The notes below the pieces were generated by a model. It did not search any database and had not been told where the DNA came from. It saw nothing but the letters and a program-made list of their open reading frames with translations. Source: Isurus oxyrinchus (Eukaryota). From it: 64,000 bases of DNA. The DNA is taken from NCBI GenBank assembly GCA_026770705.1, contig JANJGN010000007.1, positions 97,402,001 to 97,466,000 on the forward strand. The letters are read 5' to 3'. The position numbers and the translations under genes are program-made. This document shows, in pieces, positions 1-12,999 of this stretch. Position 1 is the stretch's first letter, and every line of letters starts with the position of its first letter.

Positions 1-494
1 ATGTAGGAGGCAGAGGGCGATGATAGAATGATGCTTTAGTGGCTGGAAGCCAGTATCCAGTGACGAACCACAGGGATCAGTGCTCGGTCCCCTCTTATTT
101 GTTAATTAACTAAACGACATATGTGACTATGTGGGGGGTAGGATTAATAAGTTTGCGGATGGCACAAAGATTGGCCTGTGGTTAACAGTGAGGTTGAGTG
201 TCTTGGGCTACAGGACAATATAGAGTGGATGGTCAAATTGGCAGATAAGAGGCAGGTGGAAATTAACACTGAAAAATGTGAGGTGATACAGATTGGAGGA
301 AGTAATTTGACAAAGAATTATTCAATGAACGGGCATGGCACTAGGAAATTCTGAGGAACAAAGGGACCTTGGTGTGTGTGTCCATTGATCTCTGAAGCTG
401 GAGGGGCATGTTAGTGGGGTGGTGAAAAAAGCATTTGGGACTGTTACCTTTAACAATCGAGGCATAGACTACCAAAGTGGGGAGGTCATACGGG

Positions 495-890
495 ACAAAA
501 ACAGAATTACCTGGAAAAACTCAGCAGGTCTGGCAGCATCAGCGGAGAAGAAAAGAGTTGACATTTCGAGTCCTCATGACCCTTCGACAGAACTTGAGTT
601 CGAGTCCAAGAAAAAGTTGAAATATAAGCTGGTTTAAGGTGTGTGTGTGGGGGGCGGAGAGAGCTCTCTGTCTCTCTCTTTCTCTCCGCCCCCCCACACA
701 CACACCTTAAACCAGCTTATATTTCAACTCATTCTTGGACTCGAACTCAAGTTCTGTCGAAGGGTCATGAGGACTCGAAACGTCAACTCTTTTCTTCTCA
801 GCTGATACTGCCGGACCTGCTGAGTTTTTCCAGGTAATTCTGTTTTTGTTTTGGATTTCCAGCATCTGCAATTTTTTTGTTTTTATCTCT
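495..890. mobile_element. Penelope-like element terminal fragment in inverted (palindromic) arrangement, 14-bp TSD
   Basis: Arms ~496-662 and ~681-849 are near-perfect reverse complements. Flanked by gaggtcatacggga at 482-495 and 891-904. Each arm carries a hammerhead-like core. Confidence 0.75.
750..788 (+). ncRNA. Minimal type I hammerhead-ribozyme-like motif (Penelope-associated); mirror copy on - strand at 556-594
   Basis: agtt-CTGTCGA-a-GGGTC-atgag-GACTC-GAAA-c-GTC-aact: stem I agtt/aact, stem II gggtc/gactc. The core deviates from CUGANGA at one position. Confidence 0.5.
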
Positions 891-1532
891 GAGGTCATAC
901 GGGAGTTGTATAGTACCTTGGTGAGGCCATAGCTGGAGTACTGCGTGCAGTTCTGTTTGCCACCTTATAGGAAGGATGTGATTGCACTGGAGGGGGTGCA
1001 GAGGAGATTCAACGGCATGTTGCCTGGGATGAAACACTTAAGTTATGAAGAGAGGTTTGATAGACTTGGGTTCTTTGCAGTGATGCAAAGAATGAGGGGT
1101 GACCTTATCGAGGTGTACAAGATTATGAGGGGCGTGGACAGGGCAGATAGGGAGCAGCTTTTCCCCTTAGTTGAAGGTTCAGTCACAAGGGTTCATAAGT
1201 TCAAACTGAAGGTCATGGGGATTAGGGGGGCTGTGAGGAAAAACTGTTTTACCCAGAGGGTGGTGATGGTCTGGAATGCACTGCTTGGGAGGGTGGTGTA
1301 GGATGGTTGCCTCACATCCTTTAAAAAGTAGCTGGATGAGCACTTGGCACGTACTAACATTCATGGCTATGGGCCAAGTGCTGGTAAATGGGATTCGGTA
1401 GGTAGGTAAAGTATTTGTCACGTGCCGGTGCAGACCCGAAGGCTCGAAGGGCCTCCTCTGCACTGTGATTCTGTGATTTTGCTATTCCGATTATTTGAAA
1501 TCAGGAGATGCAAAATATTCAGAACACGAACC

Positions 1533-3865
1533 ACGGGTGATGTTAATCTTAATGAAAATTGGGAAAATCGAATTAGCAGACATAGCCACGAGCAATAATT
1601 CATAGGGTATTCGGGACAGTTTATTGGAACAATATGTTCTTGATACAACCAGGGATCAGGTTATTATGGATCTGGCGATGTGTAATGAGGCTGGTTTAAA
1701 TGATCTGAGTGAAAGATGCCAGAGGAAACAATGAGCATAACATGGTAGAATTTAGCATTCGATTTGAGAGTGAGAAACCTGGTCAGAAGCAAATGTGCTA
1801 AACTTAAATAAAGGTTATTACAAAGGAATGAGGGCAGAGTTGCTTGGACTGGACTGGGAGAGAAGTTTAACAGAAAAGGCAGCTGATGATCAAAGGCAGA
1901 TGCTTAAGAAAATTACTGATGACTCACAGCAAATATACATCCCAGTGGAAACGAAGGATTCTAGAAAGGTAATAAACAAAATATGGTTAACCAAGGAAGT
2001 AAATTATACTCTTACATTGAAAGAAAACATATACAATGTGGCAAAATTAGTGGTAGCGCAGTGGATTCGGAAAGTTTTAAAAACAAATAAAAGATGGCCA
2101 AGATAATGATAAATAGGCAGGAAACAAACTTGAGAGTAGACGAGCAAGTAATTTAAAAATAGACATTAAAAACTCCATTAAATATACAACAGGGAAGAGA
2201 GAGGCCGACGTAAACATAGACCCCTTGGGGACTAAAGCTGTGCAAATAATAATGGGGAACTAGGAAATGGCAGAGGAATTATATAGACACTTTGCATCAG
2301 TCTTCACGGTAGAAGGCACTAGTGGCATTCCAAAAGTAGTAAATAATCAAGGGGCAAAAGGGGTGGAGGAAATAAATACAATAACTACCACTTGAGAAAA
2401 ATTACTTGGGTTACTAATGGGACAAAAGGCTAATAACTCCCCTGGACCTGATGGGTTGCCTCCAAGGATATTAAAGGAAGTCGGGACAAATAGGGGATGC
2501 ACTGTTAGTAATCTTGCAAGCATCCTTAAATTCTGGAACAGCCCCAGAAGTTTGGAAAACTGCCTAAAGTAACATCTTTATTAAAAAAGGAAGGGAGACA
2601 TAAAACAGATAACTCTAGGTGAATTAGCTTAACACCGTACCTGTGAAACTGTTAGAGTCTATTATCAAGGATGTGATAGCAGGACTTTTAGAAATGCATA
2701 ATATAATCCAGCAGAGCCAGTATGGCTTCAAGAAGGGGAAATCATGCCTGAAAATTTGTTAGAATCCTGTGAGGAGGTAACAAGCAAGGTGGTTAAAGGG
2801 AACCAGTGAATGTAAATGTATGGATTTCGAAAAGGTGTTTGATAACATGCCGCACATTCAGCTACATAATAAGAGCCCGTGGTGCTGGGCGTAGCATAAT
2901 AGCATGGATAGAGGTTTGGCTAACTAATGGAAGACAAGGCGTTTGGATAAAGGGGGCATTTTCAGGATGGCAACCTGTAACTAATGGAGCGCCGCAGGGA
3001 TCAATGCTGGGGCCACAATTAGTTTCAATATGTATTAATGAATTAGAAGAGGGAAGGGACTATGCTATCGCCAAGTTTGTGGATCAAACAGAAATCGGTG
3101 AGGAGGCAAGTGTGAGGATCACACAAAGAGGCTACAGAGGGATACAGACAGGTTAATGAGTGTGCAAAAACTTCGCAGATGAAATATAATGCGTGAAAAA
3201 GTGAGGTTACGCATTTCGGCGGGAATAATAGTTGAGCTAAAAGTTACTTAAATGGAGAAAGGCTGCAGGAAACTACAGCACACACGAATTTGGGGGTCCT
3301 CGTGCATGAATCCCAAAAAAGCTAATGCATAGGTTCAGCACGTAATATGGAAGGCACATTGAATCTTGGCCTTCATTTCAAAGGGAATGGTGTATAAAAA
3401 TAGTGAAGCTTTGCTAAAACTAGACAAGACATTGGTTGCGCCACACCTAGAATGCTGTGAACAGATTTGGTCCCCTTATCTGAGGAAGGATATACTGGCA
3501 TTCGAGGTTAGAAGAATGTGAGATGGCCGTCCTCTGACATATAAGCTTCATAGTGGGCTTTACAAGATAGAAGCTGAGAGATTGATTCCCCTTACGGGAG
3601 AACCTAGGAGCAGAGGGCATAATCTCAGAGTAAGGAGTCGAAGATTTAAGGCAAAGATGAGGAGGAATTTCTTCTCTCAGAGGATAGTAATTCTGTATAA
3701 TTCTTTAACAGAGAGGGCTGTAGAGGAGGAGTCGGTAAGCATATTCAAGGCTGAGATAGACAGACTTTTAATCAGTAACGCAAGCAACGATTTGACTCAT
3801 TGAATGGCGGAGCAGGCTTGACGGGCCGTATGGCCGATGCCTGCTCCTACCACTTATGGTATTAT
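1533..3865 (+). mobile_element. Degenerate CR1 LINE ORF2 fragment
   Basis: Fragments read KSPGPDG, QYGF.KGKSC, GAPQGSMLGP, RRNFFSQR; many stops. Confidence 0.85.
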
Positions 3866-3959
3866 GGAGGGACAGGTTCGAGGGGTTGGATAACCTCCTC
3901 CCTCTCCAATTTAATTTGGGTTTTTTTTATGTCCGTATGTAGGCCACTCAGCAGCTTGA

Positions 3960-6950
3960 GTTTGTTTCGCCATTCAGTACGATTATCTGACTGCCAACAT
4001 CACATTTCTGCCAACCGTCGATAACCTTTCACTCGCTCACTGATAAATAATATACATACATCTGCAAAGACTGTGCTTCCGCTTGTGCTTCTCTTTTGAG
4101 GAAGAGAGTTCCAAAGACTCACGAACTTCTGAAATAGAAAAAAGATCCTCATCTCCTTCTTAAATGGGCCATATGTATTTCTGGAACAGTGACCGCTGGT
4201 TCTAGACTTTCTCACAAATGGAAACATCGTCTCGGCATCCACCTGTCAAAATCCTTATACATCTTATATGCTATAATAAATGCATGTCTTAATCTGCAAA
4301 ACCCCAGCCGGTACAAGCTTAGACTGTCCAGTTTTATTCATAAAGCAATCGGTCCACCCTATAAATTAGACTAGGAAGCCTTCTCTAAACGACTTCCAAC
4401 ACATTTGCATCCTTCCTTAAATAACAGGGCCAATGCCACACGCAATACTCCACATGTGGTGTCATGAAAGAATTGCATAAGTGAAGAATAAGGTCTCTAC
4501 ATTTGTATTCAATTCCCCTTGCATGGGCCCTATAATTCTACTATATTTCCTAATTACTTGCCGTAACTTCGTACTAATGTTTCACAATTTATGCACTAGG
4601 GTAGCTAGGCTCCCCTGCATCTCAGATCTGCAATCTCTTACCATTTAGATAATAGGCTCATTTTTTATTCTTCTTGCCAGCATCGGCAATTTCACATTTT
4701 CCCACATAATACACCAATTGTCAGTTATTTTCCCACTCACTCAATCAATCTGTATGCTTTTGGTGCCTCCTTATGTCCTCTTCACAACTTAATTTCCCAC
4801 TTATCTTGAATCATCAGCCAATTTAGCAAACAGGCCTTCGGTCCCTTCTTCCAATAGGATCTTTTGAGGAAGTGAAAAGAAGCATTGATGAGGTCAGCAC
4901 GATGGATGTTTTCCAGATGGATTTTGTAAGGCATCTGAGAAGGCCCCAGATGGCAGACTGGTCTGAAAAGCGAGGTCTCATTGGATACAGGGGTAGCTGA
5001 CGAGTTGAATCCAGAATTGGCTAAGTAACAGAAAAACAAGGGAATTGGTCAATGCATGTTTTTGAAAGTGGAAAGCAGTTTCCAGTGGTGTACCACAGGT
5101 CTCTGTGCTGGATACCTTGCTATTTGTCGGATATATTAAATATTAGACATTAAGCGTGTGAGGCATGTTTGGGAAATTTGTAGGTGATAACAAACTGGCT
5201 ATGTAGTTGATATAGAAGAGGACAGCTGTTGTCTCCAGAGACATATCACCAGAAAAGTGGCAAATGTAATTCAATCCGGAAAATACCAGGTAATGCATTG
5301 GGGAGGGAAAGCAAAGCTAGGAAAAACTGAATTAGCAGGATGATTTTGAGTAATGAGAGACTTTGGAGTGCATATCAACAAGTCCCTGAAGGTGACATAA
5401 GGTGATAGATTAAGCATATGGAATGCTTGCTTTTATTGAATGAAGCATTCAATGCAAAAACGGGGATGTAATGCGGGAACTGTATAAAACTCCTGTTGTC
5501 CACAGCATCAATTGTCTGTACGTGTCTGGACACAATTACAAGGAGGACATAATTACTCTGGGGAGAGTACAGATGAGATTTAAAATACAGTTGCCATTAT
5601 TTAAAAATTGCACTGTGAAGAACGATTGGGTAGTGTTAATTTGTGACCTCATAATCAAGGCGCCTCGAGGTAGCAGCGATCACAATGTGATTGATTTTTA
5701 CATTCAGTTTTAGGGAGAGAAACGTGTGCCTCAAACAAGTATTTTAGAATTCAACATGGGCAGTTGTGAGGGCATGAAAGTAGAGCTAGCTGATATGAAC
5801 TGGTCAATTAAGTTAAGGGATATGTCAATCGAGATGCAATGGCAGGCATTTAAGAGAATATTTCAGAGCACACAGAATCGACACATTCCTTCAAGTAAGG
5901 AAAAGTCCAAGGGGATTACCCACCATCAATGGTTACTTAAAAAGTTAAAGATAATATCAAGCTTCAAAAAAACGAGTTTTGATTGCACAAAGATGGGTGG
6001 CAGGTCAGAACAATGGACATAGTATAACAAAAATAAACAAAAGCCAGGGAGGGAAAAAGAGTAATAAGGAGGGAAAGTTTAGAACAGCTCGTTGCACAAT
6101 ACCAGGCCTGGTATAGCCTGCTCACTGGCTGGTGTCAGAACAGGCTGTTCTAAGATATTATTCAGAAAATATGGTTGAATTGCTCTTCTAGGCTAACTTT
6201 TGCCCATCTGATTTTTGCATCCTATAAGTAAATTGCATTCCCCCATCATGTCCGTGTTACTTTCTGACAAGCTCCCATTATTCCTTCCTTTCCACCCTGT
6301 CCTACCATTTCCCTAGTCTTAGCAGCCTGCACACCACTCCCACAAATCACTTCTCGCCTATGTAATTTCTTATCTCTACCCAGACTACTTCTACATTCTA
6401 GCTTCCTGAACTTAAGCCATCCGTCTCTATTGTGCTAATACCATCATTAATTTACAGGGCCACCCTTTCAGCTTTTCCCAGCTTCCTGTGCTTCCTAGAG
6501 GTCATGCCATCTTCAACATTCAGGTGCGAATTTGTGTCATCCTGCAGCCATGTCACCATAATGACTATCAGGTTGTTCTGATTTATTTCTATTAGCGCTA
6601 TCAGTTCATTAATTTTCCAACGTTTTGTGCATTCAGATACAGAGCCATTGGTTTTGCTCGTTATTATTTTTCCAACCTCTAGCATTATTTGCTGATTAGC
6701 TCTTTGCTTTTTATTCTCAGTTCCTTCCAATCATGGTCTGTGTGTTCATTCCCATTGCCTTTCCTCTTGCCTTGTCTCTACTCTTTGATGTAACACACTT
6801 TCCCAAATTTAGAATTCTCTCTACTTTCCAAAATATGCAGCTTGTCAGAACACTGCTCGATGCATGGTCCAGGTGCAGACCGTCCCCATGAGCCAGGCGC
6901 ACTTTCCCCAAAATTGCTGTCAGCCGACAAGGAACAGAAACTCACTTCTC
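3960..6950. mobile_element. Nested degenerate CR1 fragments in both orientations
   Basis: Minus-strand 3' end at 3960-4860; plus-strand RT and GSSDHN pieces at 4860-6080; minus-strand endonuclease N-terminus and ORF1 esterase (GDGLHL) at 6085-6950. Mirrored at 32740-35750. Confidence 0.75.
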
Positions 6951-7045
6951 CCACATCAATCTTGATGCCATCTCTCTTCTCTCTCCGTCTTAAAAAAAAT
7001 GAACAATTTAAAGGAGTCAGAGAACAAGACAAGGTAAAGACAAAT

Positions 7046-7717
7046 GTCACAAGGTTGCACCCCCCACACTGTGATCACTATACGTTAAAAACATTCCAGA
7101 CCCGATAGGAGGAAGCCTTCTGGCGCCCTGCACACTGGCTTGATCTAGAAAAGGATTCCCAACATGAGGTAAACTAAAAAATGATCCCTTGTTAATTGGT
7201 GGGCAGCAGCAAAGCGACCATTCCGACACCTTGGGTACCTGTCGTGCACTGATTTGTTAGAAAGATTAAAGCAAATGATTACCATTGGGTAAAACAGCAG
7301 TTTCCAGAGAAAAAAGCATAACAGTTTCTTAGGGTCCTCGATGTTAAGGCAAGGTCCTAGTCAGGTAACACTCCTCATCTGGCAGCATTTCTTCACATGG
7401 AAAATGCACTAGGAAAGCTGGAGCTAGACCAATGGAAGAGTTCCCTAACACCTCAACTAGACAGCATAAAGCAGCTATCGCGAGCTACCGAAATCAGCAC
7501 ATTCTATGCCAACCATCTGTTTGTCCGCTTGGATCAGTGAACCTCTCTGAACTGCCATAGGGGTGTCTATTTTTACTCTCTAGTTAGCTAATGCATCTTG
7601 CCTGAACAATTATCTCTCAATAAACTTACTAAACCACAATAAAATTACATACAGGTGCAGATCTACATACCTTAAGTATCTGTGGCTCCCGAACCAAACA
7701 ATTGCATAGACAATTGC
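7046..7717. mobile_element. Possible solo-LTR-like insertion inside a CR1 ORF1 remnant (paralog ~35846-36509)
   Basis: Starts TGTCACA, has AATAAA near its right end, and interrupts CR1 ORF1-like sequence. No TSD found. Confidence 0.3.
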
Positions 7718-8839
7718 AAACGCTCAGGCTCCTCCACTCTTACCTTATTGAGCCCCTTCTACCTGGCTCACAGTCACACCCTCCTGTCCCTGAACATGAA
7801 CCAAACCAAACGACTCTTGGAATGAAGCGTCCAGTTAACTTTCCAATATCTAAAGTTCACAATCTGTGTCCAGCTGCACTCAGCGACAAGCTGCTGTTTT
7901 CATGCTTGCTCAATTCCTAAAAAAAATGACATCTAAATGTTTACCATTGCTAAGACTAGCTTAACGACACAGGCATTTCATTTCACGTGATCCTGTATTT
8001 CAAAGCACACTATCCTCCACGTTGAGCCTGTGCCCGGAGCATGTTAGAATATGGTGAGCATGAGAAATAAGAAGGCGCTGAAGCCAATGTACACAGGTTA
8101 AGAGGAAGATCAGAACTCAGCTGTTTAAAGTACAACCGTGAATGTGACTGCAGAATATATACCTAAAATGAAGATCGTCTTTGAATACTAATCGGAATAA
8201 TAATACCCACGCTCACTGAACACTATTCAACCTGATGCACAATTCGCTGTGAAACCTAATGTTCTGGTTTCTTTCTTTCTGGTTGGGGGAGTGTTCCTTT
8301 GAAATCATCCAATAAAATTGAAATGTTCATCAGAAAACAGAAAAAAAGAGTAGGCAATTCAGCATTTCAAACCTATCCCCTAGCTCAACAAAATCATGGC
8401 TGATTTGCACCTCAATTCCATTTACCAGCCTGCCATCCTGAAATATCGATCCCTTAACATAATAGCAATACGTTTACTTCAGCCTTGACATCATCATGTA
8501 ACCCTGTATCCACAGCCTACGGGTGGAAATATTTAGACCGGCCTTTGTGCCACAAAGTGATTTTTGATTCCACTCCTGAATGACGTGCTGCAGCATTTCC
8601 AACCAGGCAAAATGCTTTCCCTGCAACTGGCATAACGAATAGTTCTTCTCATTTTGAACACCGCAGTTGTGCCATCAATTAAAATTAAACACTCAGTGGA
8701 ATAAGCACAATATCCATTCAACCTTTCCTTGTAATGTAACTCTCGAAAACCCCTGAGTCTGCACTATTTATCTCCAAGGCCATTAATAATTTTTGAGTTG
8801 AAAAGTACGCCAGATGGGGTCTGAAAATGGTAACGAATG

Positions 8840-10660
8840 GAATTGAAGTCCGTGTAATCATCATCGAATATCCCCATTCCTGAACTTATGATGGAAGGAA
8901 CTTCATTGATGAAGCAGCTGAAGATGGTTGCCCTGAGCGCGCTGCCCTGTGGAACTCATGCAGTGATGTCCTGGAAATAAGATCGTTGAAGTCCAACAAC
9001 CACAACCACCTTTCTTTGTGCTAAGTATGACTCTATCCAGTGGTGATTTCTCCCCTGATCCCCATTGATTCCAGTTTTGCTCGGGTTCCTTGATGCCACA
9101 TTGGGTTAAATGTTGCATCCATGCCCAAAGTTGTCACTTTCATCGTCCTGCTGGAAGTGGGCGATTTTCTCCATGTTTGAACAAAAGCTATCATGAGGTC
9201 AGTAGCTGAGTCATCCTGGCAGAATCCAAAGTAAGCGTCCGTGAGCAGGTTATTTCTAAGCAAGTGCCTCTTTAAAGGACTCCTGATGACCCTTTCCATC
9301 ATTTACCGATGACTGAATGTAGACTGATGGGGCAGTAATTGGTCGGGTTAGATTTGTCCTGCAGAACATACCTGGGTATTTTCTTTACATTTTCGGGTAG
9401 ATCTCATTGTTGTAGCTTTACTGGAACAACTTGGCTAGGAACATGGCAAGTCCTGGGGAACAGGCCTTCATTCCTTTTGCCACAATAGTGTCAGGGCCCA
9501 GAACATTTGCAATACCTGGTGCCTTAAGGTTTTCTTTTATATCACGTACAGTGAATTGCATAGGCTAAACAGTGGCGCCTGTGATCCTGGGGGCTGCGGA
9601 GAAGGTCGAAATAGACCATCCACTCGACACTTCTGGCTGATGATTGTTGTACATGCTTCAGCCCTATTTTTGTGCTGATGTGCTGAGCTCCGCCATCATT
9701 AAGGAATGAGGTGTTTGTGGAGCCTCCTTCTTCAGTGAGTTGTTTCATCACCATTATTCACTACTGGATGTGCCAGGAATGCAGAGCTTAGATCTAATCA
9801 ATTGGTTGTGGTATCGCTTAGAACTGTCTATTGCATGGTACTTACACTCTCTGGTACCCATACAGTCCTGAGTTGCAACTTCTTCAGGTTGACACCTCAT
9901 TTCCAGATATGTCTGGTGCTGATTCTGGCATGCCCTCCTGCATACTCAGGGCTTTCTGATAATTGCGTGGGGTATAAGCCAGTCCATGGTGTTGCAAATT
10001 GTGGTTGAGTACAATTCTGCACCTGCTGGTGGCCCACAGCGCCTCATGGATAGCCAGACTATAGTTGCTGGACCTGTACGAAGTCTTTCACTTTTAGTAC
10101 GATTGTTGTTCCACAGATCTATATGGAGGGCATCCTCAATGCGAAGACGGAACAGGACATGAGGATGAGGCGGCCAGTTTGGTGAGGATGAGGTCAAGTA
10201 GGTTTTTTTGCTTCCTCTTGACAGCTCCTGCACCACCTGCCGCAGAAACTCTCTAACTGATATGTCTTTCAGGCCTTGGGCAGCTCAGTCCACAGCGGTG
10301 CTACCACGCCACTCTTGGTGATGGATATTGAATTCCCCTACCTAGATACATTCTGCGCCCTTGCCACTCTCTCATCCCTTCAAGCGGTGTTTAACATCGA
10401 GGAGGAGAACTGATTCATCAGCTGAGGGTTGGGTGGGTTGGTGTGCGCTGTGCGCTACAGGGATTTCCTTGTTCATAACTGACCTGATTTCATGCAACTT
10501 TGTGATGTCCAGAGTCGATGTTGAGTCCCTCTCGTCTACATGCAACTGTACAAACTCTGGTGGGTCTTTCCTGCTGCTGGGACAGCACATACCCAGGGAT
10601 GGTGATGTCTGTGAATTTCCGTGAGCATGACTATGAGGGGACATCTCTGCAATGTTGGCA
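8840..10660 (-). mobile_element. Degenerate L2/CR1-group LINE (paralog 38270-40125)
   Basis: Minus-strand fragments HLLRNNLLT..QFGF.QD, GVSQG.ALSPT.F.C.IN, IGSSDHCTVLVETK. Confidence 0.75.
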
Positions 10661-10699
10661 CAAGCCGATGCCGAGTGGCCCGTTTGGATTCATTCCTTA

Positions 10700-11760
10700 C
10701 AGGTTTTATGGTGGCTCGGTCATTTCAGAGTCAACCATGTTGCTGTGGGCCTGGTTACACATGTGCACAAGTAGATACCATTCGCTAGAGGGGAACCACA
10801 TGTGTTTTTGCGACAGTGGTTTCATGGTCATCTTTATGCTTTTCGTTCCAGGTTTAAATTGAATTAAAGTTCCACCATTTGCCGCGCTGGGATTTGAACC
10901 CGGGTACAGCAGGTATTACCCGGGGTCCGTAAGACTCGGCCAAGACCACTATGCTGCCACCTCCCCTCATCCATCAGCTATCAGCAGCCTTCGACACAAT
11001 TAACTGCAATCCCGCCCCTCCATCATCCAGCCGGCTGGAATTGCGCTTGCTTGATTCCATTCATATCAACAGAACTGCACGCAGCGAATCAGCTCTCATG
11101 GCTTCTTTTCCGTCTCCCGCGCCATTACATTTGGAGACGCCAAGGATCTGGCACGATTCCATTCTATTTCCCGTCTCCATTTTGTTTCACCAAAGAGGAA
11201 GAGGGAGGGATAGTGGTGCAATGGTAAAGTCATTGAACTAATAGGCCAGAGGCGCAAAGTAACCCTGTGTGGGCATACATTCAAATCGAAATAGAGCAGC
11301 TGCTTGAATTGAAATTCAATTAATAAATCTCTAATTATAAAGATAGTCTGACCATGAAAACGGTCATCCATTTTTGCAAAAGCCGTCTGTTGATTAATGC
11401 GCATTTAGAAGAAAAACTGTCACCCTTACACTGCCTGGCCTACAAGTGACACAAGACACAGAGCAATATTGTTGACATAACAGAAAATGCTGCTTGAGGG
11501 CTGGGGGGAGATAAGAGTCACATGTAGGCAGGCATGTTGTGATCTGCGGAGAACATTTGTAAATCAAATGGGAATCTTACGACAATCAATTATAGTCACA
11601 GTTCTGGAGATTAGCTTTCCATTCCAGAATTTGTGAATTAAATTTAAATTCCACTAGTTGCTGAGAAGGTGTTTGCAATCATATCCCCAGAATGTTGGCC
11701 TGGGCCTCAATGTTGCTGCTCCATGAAATAACAATTATGCCTCCGTCTCCCTCTGGCTTT
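10700..11760. mobile_element. Cluster of degenerate tRNA-derived SINEs (paralog 40680-41850)
   Basis: A/B-box-like heads (tggtgcaatgg ... ttcaaatc at 11214-11288; reverse gggatttgaacc at 10889), with bodies similar to the SINE at 14222. Confidence 0.6.
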
Positions 11761-12999
11761 GCCAGCGAAACCATATGACTATATTTAAGCACCACCACCT
11801 GCCAGTTCCCCTCCAAAGTGCACACCACCCTGACGCTGGACTCAAATGCTGCAACTCCCTTCTAAACAGCACTGTGAGTGTGTTTATACTAGATGGACTG
11901 GAGAGATTCAAAGATGCATCTCACCATCACCTTTTCAAGGTTAATTGTGGATACACAACAACTGCTTGCCTTGCCAACGTCCACCACATCCCATGTATAA
12001 AAAAAAAGGTTTACTTGCTACTCCATCACACATCAAGGCAATATTAGGTTCCACTTGTTCGCTAGCTAATAGCGCACAACTCTATCTCGCCACCACCACT
12101 CTGGAGCCGTCCATTATCTTAAACTTGTCTCTCTCAACCTTTCCTGCCACTTTCAGTGATTTATGCATTCATACAGAAAGGTCGCTCTATCGCAGTTTAA
12201 TAGTTTGGTGGTACACAACTTGAATATTGCTGAAAGAAAGGGATTTTGTTCAAAAATTTCATCTTGAAATCATTGGGGCAATCGCAAGAATATCAATGTC
12301 AGGGTAAGCAGCAAATTTATAGTGTATGAGTAGATAGCGTTGATTGTTGGGAAACTGGGTTCTGATTGGTAGAGGCATTGCCACGGAGAATGCACTAATG
12401 CCACTAATGGTGCTTAGCATTGTTTTAAATTTAAACCAGGCAGCCTGACGGTGATTGGTCAAAGCATTGCCCTTAGGAACGAACCAGCGAATGACAATCA
12501 CTTGTTTAGTTTACCTGAAACAGGAGCAATGTGTACACACGTTCTTTCTGTTTCTAAATAACAGTGCCCTGTGTATTAATATATCTAACTTCCAATGCAT
12601 GCAAATGTGTCACATTCCAAGCCTGAGTGACAATCTTAAATTGGTTGTCAGTGTAATTTTTAGCACACTGAGGATATTTAGCAAATGTTGTCCAAAAGCA
12701 GTGTGATATCTAATGTTGGACTCAGGGTTTTCAGTTTTAGAAGCACGGGCTGTTTCTATGTGGTCTGGACCTTGTCCTTTGCGAATAGCGGCTGGGACAT
12801 GCAGATTGGTACGATCCTCCAGCCTTTTCGACGTACGGCCTACATACCGAGAATCGCAATGGTACTGAAAATCATATAACGCATTGACATTTATGTGATA
12901 GGCAAAACGTTCGTTGCGAATATCATTCGTGTTGCTCCTGCACAGTGGCAGCGTGAACCAGCAAGCTTCACCTGCTGCTCAAATTTTTGAGGTACCTTG

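Larger units (their letters stand above)
1..1478 (+). mobile_element. CR1 LINE 3' part (RT C-terminus), relatively young, interrupted by a Penelope-type insert
   Basis: PQGSVLGP-like coding at 9-33; ORF 945-1301 has the typical CR1 C-terminus (LEGVQRRF..LSYEER..RGDLIEVYKI..FTQRVV..WN.L); terminal CTGTGATT repeat tail. Confidence 0.9.
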
